Notes: generated by a model from the sequence alone, not told the origin. A stretch of DNA of 64,000 nucleotides from Phormidium tanganyikae FI6-MK23 (GCA_019359175.1 JAHHHU010000015.1:14574-78573), one strand, 5' to 3'. Positions 9,691 to 19,804 are shown, numbered from the stretch's first letter. Program-made: numbers and translations.

Positions 9691-9971
9691 CACGAGAAGA
9701 GACCTCGAATTTCTTCAAAGTTTATTTCTCAATTGAATACTTGAACGCGGATACAAATGTCGTTCGGTTGCAGCTTCTATCTGTTTGTCCAAACATTAGA
9801 AAGTGCGGAATACTGTGCGGCTTTGCGTCCTCCTGGTCGCGATATTTGTGTCGAGTTTTCAAGCCAATTTCTACTCAGCTTCACTTCTCAAAAAGCTGTC
9901 ACTTTGGGATCACTCCTGACGGCTTCTCATGTCAAAAAATAGCGATTTTGTTTGTTAGGAGATTCGTTGTT

Positions 9972-11321
9972 ATGAGTCAGTTTTCTCGCCGTCGTTTCTT
10001 GTACACCGCAGGCGCATCTGGATTGGGAGCAATCGCACTCAAAGGCTGTACGGGCAATCCCCCCGGACGTGAAGCGGCTGCCCCTTCTTCCCCTGGAGCC
10101 GTTCCCGCTGTCAACTCTGGCGGCGGAGATGCTCCAGAAGTCACAACCGCACGCCTCGGCTACCTCCCGATCTTTGAAGCTGCCCCCTTCATCGTTGCCG
10201 TTGAGAAGAAACTCTTCGCTAAGTACGGCATGACTGATGTGCAAGTTCTGAAGCAATCGTCTTGGGGCGCATTGCGAGACAACATCGTGATCGGTTCTGC
10301 GGGGGGTGGAATTGATGGCGCACAGTTCCAGATGCCAATGCCTTATCTCATCGCAGAAGGCAGAATCACCGATAACCGCAAAGTTCCGATGTACGTGATG
10401 TTGCAGACTTCAACACAGGGAAATGGAATTGCGATCGCTAACAAGCACCTCGGCAAAAATCTACATCTCGATGTCTCCAAAGCAAAAGGCTACCTCGAAG
10501 AATTAAACTCCAAAGGCACACCCTTCACCGCAGCTTACACCTTCCCCGGTGCGAACCAAGAACTCTGGATTCGCTACTGGCTGGCGGCAGGTGGAGTCAA
10601 CCCCGATACCGATGTCAAGCTGATCGTTGTTCCGCCCGCGCAAACCGTCGCAAACATGAAAACCGGAACAATGGACGGATTCAGCACAGGCGATCCTTGG
10701 CCCTACCGAATCTTGTCAGACAACATCGGCTACATGGCAGCCCTCACCGCCCAAATCTGGAAAGACCATCCCGAAGAATACTTCGGAATGCGGGCAGATT
10801 GGGTAGACAAGCACCCGAAAGCCGCTAAAGCCATCATGAAAGGCTTAATGGAAGCGCAACAATGGTGCGACAAACCTGAAAACCGCAAAGAACTCGGTCA
10901 AATTCTAGGCGGACGGCAATATTTCAACCTGCCGATCAATATTGTCGAATCGCCGCTCGTAGGCAAATACAACATGGGCGATGGTCAACCAGAAATCAAC
11001 GATGCCAACATGGGCCCGCTCTACTGGAAAGACAGCAAAGGCAGTGTGTCTTACCCGTACAAGAGCCACGATACCTGGTTCCTCACCGAGAACATTCGCT
11101 GGGAAATGCTGCCCGCTGAAACCGATGTCAAAGCCTTGGTAGACAAAACCAACCGCGAAGACCTTTGGAAAGAAGCCGCAAAAGAAGCCGGAATTTCAGA
11201 CGCCGATATTCCGAAAGACACCTCGCGCGGCATTGAGAAGTTCTTCGATGGCGTGTCATTCGATCCTGCCAATCCGAATGACTACCTCAAGAATCTCAAA
11301 GTGAAGAAGGTCAAGATCTAG
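9972..11321 (+). CDS. cmpA: Bicarbonate ABC transporter substrate-binding lipoprotein CmpA (CmpA/NrtA family)
   Basis: Tat/lipoprotein signal SRRRFL...LKGC. The CmpA-type motifs [28 protein letters not shown] and HPEE differ from the NrtA equivalents ALTDAAP, ILSPMP, TFPGGTH, CVGEPW and HPEK. ATG at 9972. Confidence 0.85.
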   Translation: MSQFSRRRFLYTAGASGLGAIALKGCTGNPPGREAAAPSSPGAVPAVNSGGGDAPEVTTARLGYLPIFEAAPFIVAVEKKLFAKYGMTDVQVLKQSSWGALRDNIVIGSAGGGIDGAQFQMPMPYLIAEGRITDNRKVPMYVMLQTSTQGNGIAIANKHLGKNLHLDVSKAKGYLEELNSKGTPFTAAYTFPGANQELWIRYWLAAGGVNPDTDVKLIVVPPAQTVANMKTGTMDGFSTGDPWPYRILSDNIGYMAALTAQIWKDHPEEYFGMRADWVDKHPKAAKAIMKGLMEAQQWCDKPENRKELGQILGGRQYFNLPINIVESPLVGKYNMGDGQPEINDANMGPLYWKDSKGSVSYPYKSHDTWFLTENIRWEMLPAETDVKALVDKTNREDLWKEAAKEAGISDADIPKDTSRGIEKFFDGVSFDPANPNDYLKNLKVKKVKI

Positions 11322-11329
11322 TCCCGCAA

Positions 11330-11365
11330 GGCACGATCGAGAATTTCGCGCTTCTCGATCGTGTC
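11330..11365 (+). other. Stem-loop downstream of cmpA (mRNA-stabilising or terminating)
   Basis: CACGATCGAGAA (11332-11343) / TTCTCGATCGTG (11352-11363), a perfect 12-bp stem with no U-tract. Confidence 0.65.
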
Positions 11366-11407
11366 CCGTTCAATCCAGTCTTTCACCCTCGATAGGAGAA
11401 AACCGCA

Positions 11408-11503
11408 ATGAGTCGCAATTTGTTCAAGTTGATGGGTTTAGCGGGAATGAGTGCAGTCGCGGCAACCGCTCATAAAGTCGAACTGCTCAAAGATAAGGCT
11501 TAG
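11408..11503 (+). CDS. 31-aa small ORF MSRNLFKLMGLAGMSAVAATAHKVELLKDKA (possible gene remnant)
   Basis: AGGAG ribosome-binding site about 9 nt before the ATG at 11408; TAG at 11501-11503. Confidence 0.4.
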   Translation: MSRNLFKLMGLAGMSAVAATAHKVELLKDKA

Positions 11504-11630
11504 AATTCAACGTTTGGAGTACCGATACATTCTCTCCAAACACGATCGAGTGCCCCAAAGGATAGCAGCAAGAGTGCGGAACGTTGAAAAACGAACTGTA
11601 CTCTTGTTTTCTTATTGTTTTGCGATCGCT

Positions 11631-12884
11631 TCAACGCCCTAATTTATTCGGAATGCCTTCGCATCCACCGGGAATCGTGCCGCGTGTCATTGCGCCTCCC
11701 CAAGCACAGCAGTAGTAGCGCTGCTCATCTGTCATATCTTCTGCATCGGTAAAGTCGGCATTTTCAATCACTGCGCCTGTATAAGTTCCAGTTTTGAAAT
11801 TCGGGAGTTCTGTCCGGCTGCGGGGTGAAGCGGTTTCTGGTTTGCCGTAAAAGAATCGAGTACCGCTTAAATCGGCTCCCCGCAAACTTGCACCACACAA
11901 CACTGTGCGGGCAAAGTTCGTTTTGACTAAATCGCAGTTGGTTAAATTCGCGCGGATCAAGTTCGCTTCACTGAAATCTGTCCAGCGTAAATCTGTTCCC
12001 GCTAGATCCGCCGCTGCCAGCATTACCCCTAAATCGATCACACGAATGCCACGTGAACGATCTTCGGCATATCCACCTGTGCCATTGAGAATCGCGCGAC
12101 CCAAGCGCTGATCCCGTTTGAGCGGAGAAAGCAGTTTTGCCCGAGACAGAAATCGAATAATCTTCGCTTTTCCAGAACCATCGACGCTGCTCAGAATCGC
12201 GGCAGTTCTTCCTTCTGCGATCGCGCGTTCTTGGGGCCAATCTTCAAGCAATCCTTCTTCATCTAGCACCAGATCCGAAATGCCCTGGAAATATGTATCG
12301 ATCGTTTGCTGTTGCGTAATCGTGTTTTGCTGGACTGTCAGTTCGATCGAGATAATGTACTGCCGCCACGCGATGTAAACTGCCAAAATCGCGATCAAAA
12401 TCTGTCCCAACGCGCCGAACACTTCCCCTAATGCCCCGATCGCATCCCAATTGAGCGTGCTATACCAACGCCCGATCGCTTCTCCTGCACCCAAGACTTT
12501 CAGCAATCCGATCGCGCCGATCAAAATTCCGATCGATCCCAAGACAATGCCTTGATCTTGCTCGGTGAGAATTTCGATCAAAGCAGGCTTCACGGTCGGG
12601 TAAAGCATCTGTGCAGAGAGCAGCAGCGCCACGATCGAACCCGCCAAAATCAACCAAAACTGATTCAGAAATAGCCCGATCGAAACAATCACTAATGCCA
12701 CAATCAGAACAATCGATCGATTCGGATTGGGAGTGGGTGATCCGAAGCGTTGAGGGTTTTGATGGGCGGCAGTGCGTTCTCTTGAGATTTCGGCACGAGT
12801 GGGAATCGTGGAAATGTCAGAAGTCGCACCGTTATTTGTACCGTTGCTCGTATTCGGTGAAGCCAGATTGGGATCAACAGACAT
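11631..12884 (-). CDS. Membrane protein with C-terminal pentapeptide repeats
   Basis: Several TM segments followed by ADLAG/TDLRW/ANLIR/ANLTN/ASLRG/ADLSG repeats. Confidence 0.9.
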   Translation of the reverse strand: MSVDPNLASPNTSNGTNNGATSDISTIPTRAEISRERTAAHQNPQRFGSPTPNPNRSIVLIVALVIVSIGLFLNQFWLILAGSIVALLLSAQMLYPTVKPALIEILTEQDQGIVLGSIGILIGAIGLLKVLGAGEAIGRWYSTLNWDAIGALGEVFGALGQILIAILAVYIAWRQYIISIELTVQQNTITQQQTIDTYFQGISDLVLDEEGLLEDWPQERAIAEGRTAAILSSVDGSGKAKIIRFLSRAKLLSPLKRDQRLGRAILNGTGGYAEDRSRGIRVIDLGVMLAAADLAGTDLRWTDFSEANLIRANLTNCDLVKTNFARTVLCGASLRGADLSGTRFFYGKPETASPRSRTELPNFKTGTYTGAVIENADFTDAEDMTDEQRYYCCAWGGAMTRGTIPGGCEGIPNKLGR

Positions 12885-13122
12885 GAGGATTTGTAAATTC
12901 AGTCAATATGATTATCCTACTCGCTTCCCAGAATGCCGATCGTGGACTTCTAGGGGATACGAACCGCAAATCGACTGAGTATTCGTGAAAATATAGTGCG
13001 ATCGTGGAAAAAATATTTCCGTAATGTGGCGAAAATTGGCTTTTATGCCATAAAATTCGTTCAACTTCTCAGAATTGCAGTATTACTAATCTGTGACATT
13101 GTGCGTGTGGAGTCTAAACAGT

Positions 13123-15258
13123 ATGGGTTACGCAACCGAATCAAGTCAGCCCTCCGTACAGGAGCAAGCGCGATCGGGCGATCTGAAAGCGATCGCTTAT
13201 TGGCTGAATGTGTTTTTGCTCCCCCATAATCTGTTTGCTCAAGCAGAAGCCGCCCCACAACCGGGATGTATCAGGATTCTCGTCGAGTTTCATCCCTCGC
13301 CAGAAGTCGATGCAAAATCGCCAGAATTTCAGCAAAGCTTAGTGCGATTCATTTGCCATCACATCTGGAAATTGAATTCAGACGAGATCAATGGCGTTCA
13401 AGTGATTGCTCGCTTTATCGGTAAGCCTCAAATGCTGTGGCGCAAAACGGTGAAGGTGATTTCTCCCGCGCGTCGTGCCAAATTAGCCGAAGCCGTAGAA
13501 CCGTCCGAACCTTCAGCCGCAGAAGCAACGCAGATCAAAACTAGAATTCGCCAAGTTACGCGGCAAAAAGTTCAGTTTCGCGCATTGCGATCGCTGCTTC
13601 TCACCGGAACGACTGCCGCCGCATTCATTATCGGTTGCTGGCTCGGTTACGCAGATTCACCTTCCGACCAAAAAACGGCAACGGCTGCAAATTCCGCCGT
13701 CACAACACGATCGAACACCGTCACAACCGCGCTAGAACCCGTTCAGGTCGAAACCGCCGGAACTTCCCCGGATGGAACGGCAACGCTACTCTTTGGGGGC
13801 GATGTGTCGCTGACTCATTCATATGCCGATTTGGTCAAGGACGACAAAAAATGGGCGTTTGCGGGACTGCAAGAAACGCGACTGGCGGATGTGTCGATCG
13901 TCAATCTCGAAGCTCCCTTTACCACCGCATCCGATTCGACGAAAAGCGATCCGTTCAAAGTAGATCCCACCCAAGTCGAAGTCTTGAAGAATGGCGGAAT
14001 TAGCCTCGTCAATCTCGCAAACAACCGCGTCATGGATTACCAAGGCGCAGGGTTAGAAGAAACGATGAAAACGCTCGACCAAGCTGGAATTCGGCATTTT
14101 GGCGCAGGGCGAGACGCAAAAGAAGCTCGTCGCCCTGAAATTCTCGATGTCGATGGGCAGCGAGTCGCTTATCTCGGTTACTTTGGAGCTGAAGATCAAG
14201 CCGCTGGAGAGTCGAAGCCCGGAACGAATTTGAAACAAAACGATCGCATTGCTGCTGACATTAAAGCGCTCCGAGATCAGGTCGATTGGGTTGTCGTAAA
14301 TTTCCACTGGGGCGATGATATTTCCAAGTATCCGAGCGATGCCCAAATCGAACTAGCGCATTTCTCGATCGACCAAGGTGCAGATTTAGTCGTGGGTCAT
14401 CATTCCAGCATTTTGCAGGGCGCAGAAATTTACAAAGGTCGCCCGATCGTCTATTCGCTCGGAAACTTTATTTTCGGGGGCAAAGCGGAGAGCGATTACG
14501 ATAGCGCCATGCTACGAGTGGCACTCAAAGAACGACAAATGAAGGTCGAATTGCTCCCGGTTGAAGTGAAAGGATTTCAGCCGCATGTCGCAATCGGCGA
14601 TCGAGGAACCGAAATTCTGCAACAAATCCAGTCGGTTTCTGATGTGTTCCACCAGCCGTTGAAGTCGCCTACGGTGATCGATGCCCGTTCCAATACGGTG
14701 ACTCAACCGGATGCTACTTCATCGCCCAATTCACCGCCCATTGTCGAACCGGATTCCACGCCTGAGCAAACAGTTCCAGAGCAAACGAACCCAACGCTAG
14801 ATCAAACGGCTCCCGACCAACAGCCTCCAACGCTGGATCAAACGACTCCAGAATCATCGCCTAACGATTCGCAACCTGCTCCATCCCCGGAAGCATCGCC
14901 CACGAGTCCCGATTCCTTTTCTAGCCCGACTCCATCCAGCGAATCGCAATCGTCCCCTGCTGATCCCGCTGCCCAACCGACCGCAACTCCTTCTTCCGAA
15001 CAACCCTGGAACAACAATTCCTTTATCAACAAATCGAACACTGGATCTCCGGCTCCAATGGTTCCGCAGTCTGCTCCAACAAGCCCACAGGCAACCGACA
15101 ATCTCATCGATCAACCCAATGATCGACCCATCGATCGGCAAACGAATTTAGGCACTCTCAGCCGTCCAATTCCCGCGAACAGTCTTGAACCGAGCCGCCG
15201 TCGATATGCGGAGATCCCTCACAATGCTGCGATCGCTGATGCTGCTTTCCATCCTTAA
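13123..15258 (+). CDS. CapA family (PGA_cap) metallophosphoesterase with N-terminal extension, TM segment and Pro/Ser-rich tail
   Basis: LFGGDV, IVNLEAP, VNLANNRVMDY, VVNFHWG, LVVGHH, YSLGNFIFG motifs. Confidence 0.88.
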   Translation: MGYATESSQPSVQEQARSGDLKAIAYWLNVFLLPHNLFAQAEAAPQPGCIRILVEFHPSPEVDAKSPEFQQSLVRFICHHIWKLNSDEINGVQVIARFIGKPQMLWRKTVKVISPARRAKLAEAVEPSEPSAAEATQIKTRIRQVTRQKVQFRALRSLLLTGTTAAAFIIGCWLGYADSPSDQKTATAANSAVTTRSNTVTTALEPVQVETAGTSPDGTATLLFGGDVSLTHSYADLVKDDKKWAFAGLQETRLADVSIVNLEAPFTTASDSTKSDPFKVDPTQVEVLKNGGISLVNLANNRVMDYQGAGLEETMKTLDQAGIRHFGAGRDAKEARRPEILDVDGQRVAYLGYFGAEDQAAGESKPGTNLKQNDRIAADIKALRDQVDWVVVNFHWGDDISKYPSDAQIELAHFSIDQGADLVVGHHSSILQGAEIYKGRPIVYSLGNFIFGGKAESDYDSAMLRVALKERQMKVELLPVEVKGFQPHVAIGDRGTEILQQIQSVSDVFHQPLKSPTVIDARSNTVTQPDATSSPNSPPIVEPDSTPEQTVPEQTNPTLDQTAPDQQPPTLDQTTPESSPNDSQPAPSPEASPTSPDSFSSPTPSSESQSSPADPAAQPTATPSSEQPWNNNSFINKSNTGSPAPMVPQSAPTSPQATDNLIDQPNDRPIDRQTNLGTLSRPIPANSLEPSRRRYAEIPHNAAIADAAFHP

Positions 15259-15278
15259 CATCATTCATTCACCTGCCT

Positions 15279-16148
15279 GTGTTTTCCATTGAACGTCGTC
15301 GCCAACAATTCGATACTTATGTCTTGTTCGATCGAGCTTCTAACTCCAAGCTCGAAATCGTTCCCGATCGCGGGGGCATCATTACCAGTTGGCAAGTTCA
15401 AGGTCGCGAACTCCTGTACATGGATACCGCTCGATTTGCCGATCCCACGCTTTCAGTCCGAGGCGGGATTCCAATTCTGTTTCCGATCTGCGGAAATATA
15501 CCCAACAACGTTTACACCTATAAAAATCAAACCTACACGCTGAAACAGCATGGGTTTGCTCGCGATTTGCCTTGGGAAGTCGTGGATCAAAAAACGGACG
15601 GAGAACTAAGTTTTACGATCGGGCTTTCTAGTAATGCTCAAACTCGTGAAAATTATCCGTTCGAGTTTCGATTGGAGTTTACGTATGCGCTGCGGGGTCA
15701 AGCGTTATCGATCGAGCAGCGGATCACCAATCTTTCTGATGAATCGATGCCATTCTCGGTCGGGTTTCATCCGTATTTTCTGGCATTGGAAAAGCACCAA
15801 CTTCGATTTGAGATTCCCGCAAACGAAGCGCTGGATCAACGGACTCAAGACCGTTACCCGTTTTTCAATACTTTCGATTTTACTCAAGATGAAATTGATT
15901 GGGCATTTCTCGATATTAGTCGCCAAGTTTCCAACGTTACGGATCTCAGTCGTCACACTCGAATTACCCTAACTGCGGCTGATGAATTTCCGCTGCTGGT
16001 GTTTTGGACGGTGAAAGGTAAGGATTTCTATTGTTTGGAACCCTGGAGCGCACCTCGCAATGCTTTAAATACGGGAGATCGATTACTTTCGATCGAGCCT
16101 GGCACAACGCTGAATACAACCGTGAGCTTATCGATCGAGTTCTCATAA
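15279..16148 (+). CDS. Aldose 1-epimerase family protein
   Basis: VRGGIPILFPICG, LKQHGFARD, GFHPYF, FYCLEPWSAPRNALNTG. Confidence 0.93.
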   Translation: MFSIERRRQQFDTYVLFDRASNSKLEIVPDRGGIITSWQVQGRELLYMDTARFADPTLSVRGGIPILFPICGNIPNNVYTYKNQTYTLKQHGFARDLPWEVVDQKTDGELSFTIGLSSNAQTRENYPFEFRLEFTYALRGQALSIEQRITNLSDESMPFSVGFHPYFLALEKHQLRFEIPANEALDQRTQDRYPFFNTFDFTQDEIDWAFLDISRQVSNVTDLSRHTRITLTAADEFPLLVFWTVKGKDFYCLEPWSAPRNALNTGDRLLSIEPGTTLNTTVSLSIEFS

Positions 16149-16214
16149 AAAAGCGATCGTCCCGAAGAGCGATCGCGCGTATAGAGTTAGCTGCAAGGAA
16201 AAACGAATCTCGTC

Positions 16215-16251
16215 TTAGAGTTGCAATCTTGAATCAAAACTGCAACTCTAA
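16215..16251. terminator. Hairpin between convergent genes, likely terminator
   Basis: TTAGAGTTGCA / TGCAACTCTAA, an 11-bp perfect inverted repeat. Confidence 0.55.
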
Positions 16252-16258
16252 AATCTCT

Positions 16259-17002
16259 TTAGTCTGCTTTCAGCACTTGACGACGACGCGCAAAAGCTAG
16301 AAGACCGACAACTCCTAAACCTGCAACGGTAGTCGGTTCGGGCACTTGTACCGCTGACAACGCATAATCAGAGTTCGCGCCGCCTGCCGGAGTTTTGCCT
16401 TTCGCATCTTTCGCCTGTAATGCAGTGAGGCTGAAGCCCAGAATCTTGTCATCTCCGAACGGATTCAGAAGTCTGTAAGAGCCACCCTTGCCCTTAACCG
16501 AAGGCGAAAGGTTGACGACGGTTCCTTCTGCTGATTCCCAAACCGCAGAAGTATTGCCAGTCACACGCAGTTTACCCGTTTGCGTGCCACCCGTGGCTTT
16601 CACCAGTGCAACCTCGAATACCGCATCATTGTAGACACCCGGCTGATAAAGGAAACTGAGATCAAGCGATTTTAAGGTCAGCGCTTTGCCAAATCCGACA
16701 CTCAAAATTTCGTTGAAATCGATCTCGCCACTCGATGGGTCAGAATTTGTTCCGTTTCTCACACCCAAACCGAGAACGCCACCGACTGTTTTTTCCGTAA
16801 TGTTGCGGGTTTGAGCCGGAGTGCCATTATCAGTCGCGTTTAAGGTAAAGCCGTTGACTGTACAGGATGTCAGACCGATGCAACCCGCGTCCTTGGCATC
16901 CTGAGCGGTGAAAGAAGCGGCGTTTGCGGCGGTCTGGAATGTTGCGATCGCGCTACCTGCAACCAAACCAATGAGAATAGAAAGAGAAGTGCTTTTGTTC
17001 AT
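16259..17002 (-). CDS. PEP-CTERM surface protein
   Basis: Signal peptide ending ANAAS; C-terminal VPEPTTVAGLGVVGLLAFARRR sorting signal; ATG at 17002. Confidence 0.92.
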   Translation of the reverse strand: MNKSTSLSILIGLVAGSAIATFQTAANAASFTAQDAKDAGCIGLTSCTVNGFTLNATDNGTPAQTRNITEKTVGGVLGLGVRNGTNSDPSSGEIDFNEILSVGFGKALTLKSLDLSFLYQPGVYNDAVFEVALVKATGGTQTGKLRVTGNTSAVWESAEGTVVNLSPSVKGKGGSYRLLNPFGDDKILGFSLTALQAKDAKGKTPAGGANSDYALSAVQVPEPTTVAGLGVVGLLAFARRRQVLKAD

Positions 17003-17402
17003 AGGAGTTGAATGGATTTCCAATCTGAGGGAAAGTTTCTTTGGTAGGACTGCACTGAAAACAACAAGGCTTGTCGGTGCGTAAAATTTAGGATTTAGAA
17101 CGTCGGAACTCAGTGTTTCTGGGGGCGCTTGCGGTTCCTGTCTTCGATATATACACATTATTACGGATACTGCATGATCGCTTTATCCGTAGCCACTTAT
17201 TTACTCAAACTTCAATCGTCGTACCGAAATCGCGAGTTTTTTGTAAGGATATTGTCAGGACAGAGAATCGCGTGTTACTGGCAAACGGTGTTTTATTTGA
17301 TACTTACACTGCAAAGATGCCCGCATCTCCCGCTGAGAGATACGGGCACATCCTAGGGAATTTAACTAATTTTTCACCGAGCGCGATCGCGAAGCCGGAA
17401 TA

Positions 17403-18059
17403 TCACGCAGCAAGAACCTGTCGCGCTTGTTCTGCAACTTGCTCGGTTTCGTCTTGGGTTAGGGTTTCAATCATCGATCGTGCTTCTGGGGTATTTAACC
17501 GCGCGAGTGCCTGTACGACGCGATATCGAATCTGCCAATCCGGGTTTGCCGCATACGGAGCGAGTAATTCCACTGCACGCACATCGCCCAATTCTCCGAG
17601 TGATCCGATCGCTGCCGTTTGCACTAATTCACTGTCGGAAGTTAAAGCTTCTTTGAGCAGATCGAACGATCGCGGATCGCCCAATTCCCCCAATGCCGCA
17701 ATCACACTGAAGCCCACTAGCCATTCCGGGGTTCTGCGGTAGAGGGCTTCGAGTTGTTCATATGCCTCGGTGAGTTTGAGCGCTCCGATCGAGTCCGCTG
17801 CCGCTGCTTGCACATCGGGTTCAATATCCGCCAGCGCAACATTCAGCATCGTCAGGGCACTCTCTCGATTTTGGCTACCGAGCGAAGCCAGTTGGCTCAC
17901 AGCGGCATAGCGTACTCTCACATTTGGATCAATCACTGGAATTTGAATGAGTTCAAACGCGATCGCAGGATCAATCTCTCTCAATTGATTAATGCCGCGT
18001 AAGCGATCGCCAAAATTTTCAGAATGTAATAAGGCTCGAATCGAATCCGGTGTATTCAT
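17403..18059 (-). CDS. nblB: HEAT-repeat phycobilisome degradation protein NblB (PBS lyase family)
   Basis: TPDSIRALLHSENFGDRLRGINQLR...VRYAAVSQL and repeated HEAT units; lies downstream of a CBS gene. Confidence 0.8.
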   Translation of the reverse strand: MNTPDSIRALLHSENFGDRLRGINQLREIDPAIAFELIQIPVIDPNVRVRYAAVSQLASLGSQNRESALTMLNVALADIEPDVQAAAADSIGALKLTEAYEQLEALYRRTPEWLVGFSVIAALGELGDPRSFDLLKEALTSDSELVQTAAIGSLGELGDVRAVELLAPYAANPDWQIRYRVVQALARLNTPEARSMIETLTQDETEQVAEQARQVLAA

Positions 18060-18080
18060 TGCAAATCTCATCTATAAAAA

Positions 18081-18545
18081 TCAAGCTTGTTCTGCTGCCA
18101 TCAGGCGAACAATGTCGCCACGAGTGAGCATCCCTACGACTTGCCCGGACGAATCCAAGACAGGCAACCGATGAATTTTGTGATCGTGCATCAGTTTGGC
18201 AGCTTTTGAAAGCGACGCGTCCGGCGTGGTCGTCACCGGAGCCGAACTCATCACTTCTCCAACCGTTTGCCCCAGCGCTTTGTGCAGTTCTTTTTCGTAT
18301 CGCCCTGGATTTTCCAGATAAATCACACTGTCGAGCAGCATGATGTAAGCAGGCGGAGTGACATCGGTTTCGCGCCACATCAAATCCGTTTCAGAAATAA
18401 TGCCAACAAGACGACGATCGGCATCTAGCACAGGTAATCCGCTGATATGCTGTTCAGCGATGATTTTAATCACATCGTTAATGGGAGTTTCAGGATGAAC
18501 CGTGATCGGATCGTGGCTCATCGCCTCCGCAACAGTTTTCGCCAT
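18081..18545 (-). CDS. CBS-pair domain protein
   Basis: TVAEAMS, ISGLPV, GIISETDL, IHRLPV, GMLTRGDI. Confidence 0.93.
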   Translation of the reverse strand: MAKTVAEAMSHDPITVHPETPINDVIKIIAEQHISGLPVLDADRRLVGIISETDLMWRETDVTPPAYIMLLDSVIYLENPGRYEKELHKALGQTVGEVMSSAPVTTTPDASLSKAAKLMHDHKIHRLPVLDSSGQVVGMLTRGDIVRLMAAEQA

Positions 18546-18730
18546 GAATGTTTGATCGCTCTTTTCAAAGGTCTAAGATCAATTATTCAGGAATTCTCGA
18601 TCGAGACTCAGCCAGATTCACCGGATTTAACAAACGGGCGCAAAACTCGACCGTTGTACAGCGAACAAACCGAACCTCGGTAAATCTGCGATGATAAAGG
18701 CACTTCGTCACCGAGAGCTACGATCGCACT

Positions 18731-19795
18731 ATGCAAGGTTCATTTAGACGAATTCTGATCGGAGTCGTCTTTTTCGTCATTACCGTTCTACTTGCAACCG
18801 CAGGCTACATGATTGCGGGATGGTCGCCGCTCGATGCCTTTTACATGGTAGTGATCACTGTGTTTGGGGTTGGCTTTGGGGAAGTGCAGCCGCTCAATAC
18901 GCCTGAGCTGAAAATTTTTACGATGTTGGTGATCATTAGCGGCACGTCGTCTACGGTCTATGCGGTCGGCGGGTTTGTGCAGATGGTGACAGAAGGTGAA
19001 ATCAAGCAAGTTCTGCAAAGAAAACGTATGTCTCAAACGATCAAAGCACTCAACGATCATGTGATTATCTGCGGCTTCGGGCGCATGGGACAAATTTTGG
19101 CGAGGAAACTAGCTGATATGCAAGTGCCGTTTGTTGTGATTGATAATAACGCCGATCGCATTGAGCAAGCCGAATCACAAGGCTATTTAGTCTACACGGG
19201 CAATGCGACCGATGATACAGTTTTGCATCGAGCAGGGATTGATACGGCAAGAGCTTTAGCAACAGTGCTTCCAGATGATGCCGCGAATGTGTTTATCACC
19301 TTGACCGCTCGCGAACTCAATCCGAAGCTGATGATTTTATCGCGCGGTGAACTGCCTTCAACTGAGAAAAAACTCCGGCTTGCAGGAGCCAATCAAGTCG
19401 TTTTACCTGCCTCAATTAGTGCGCTGCGAATGGCGCATATGATTACGCATCCAGCCACGATCGATTTCTTTAGCCGAGGCGACGATCGCAATACGCTGAA
19501 TGAACTGTTAGGACAAATGGAGATTCAGATAGATGAGCTTGCGATTACGCCAAAATCGGGTTTGGTCGGAGCAACGATCGGAGATATTGAAGTGCGCGGA
19601 AAAGGCACGATGATCATTGTGGCACTGCGACGAGAAGATGGGACTGCGGTGACACATCCGGAGCAGTTAACAGTTTTAAATGAAGGTGATGCGGTGATCG
19701 TGATGGGGCATCGCGACGATATTCCGCAAGTGATGCGAAGTTTGGTCGTTCGTCGCAAGATGCGGTATCGAGGCTCATCGCAAATTTGGAAATAA
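18731..19795 (+). CDS. Two-TM potassium channel with TrkA-N/TrkA-C (RCK) domains
   Basis: Pore segment TVFGVGFGE; HVIICGFGRMG Rossmann motif; TrkA-C tail. Confidence 0.9.
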   Translation: MQGSFRRILIGVVFFVITVLLATAGYMIAGWSPLDAFYMVVITVFGVGFGEVQPLNTPELKIFTMLVIISGTSSTVYAVGGFVQMVTEGEIKQVLQRKRMSQTIKALNDHVIICGFGRMGQILARKLADMQVPFVVIDNNADRIEQAESQGYLVYTGNATDDTVLHRAGIDTARALATVLPDDAANVFITLTARELNPKLMILSRGELPSTEKKLRLAGANQVVLPASISALRMAHMITHPATIDFFSRGDDRNTLNELLGQMEIQIDELAITPKSGLVGATIGDIEVRGKGTMIIVALRREDGTAVTHPEQLTVLNEGDAVIVMGHRDDIPQVMRSLVVRRKMRYRGSSQIWK

Positions 19796-19804
19796 ACGAT
19801 CGCA

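Noticed and set aside
9741-9971. 77-codon upstream extension of the cmpA ORF
   Set aside because: The Tat/lipoprotein signal begins at ATG 9972 and the extension is non-protein-like. Similar extensions were trimmed for GT4, GT2, egtC, PEP-CTERM, EAL, VOC and ester cyclase.
9972-11321. Calling this gene nrtA
   Set aside because: Diagnostic motifs (PIFEAAP, QMPMP, ANQ, GDPWP, HPEE) fit CmpA rather than NrtA.
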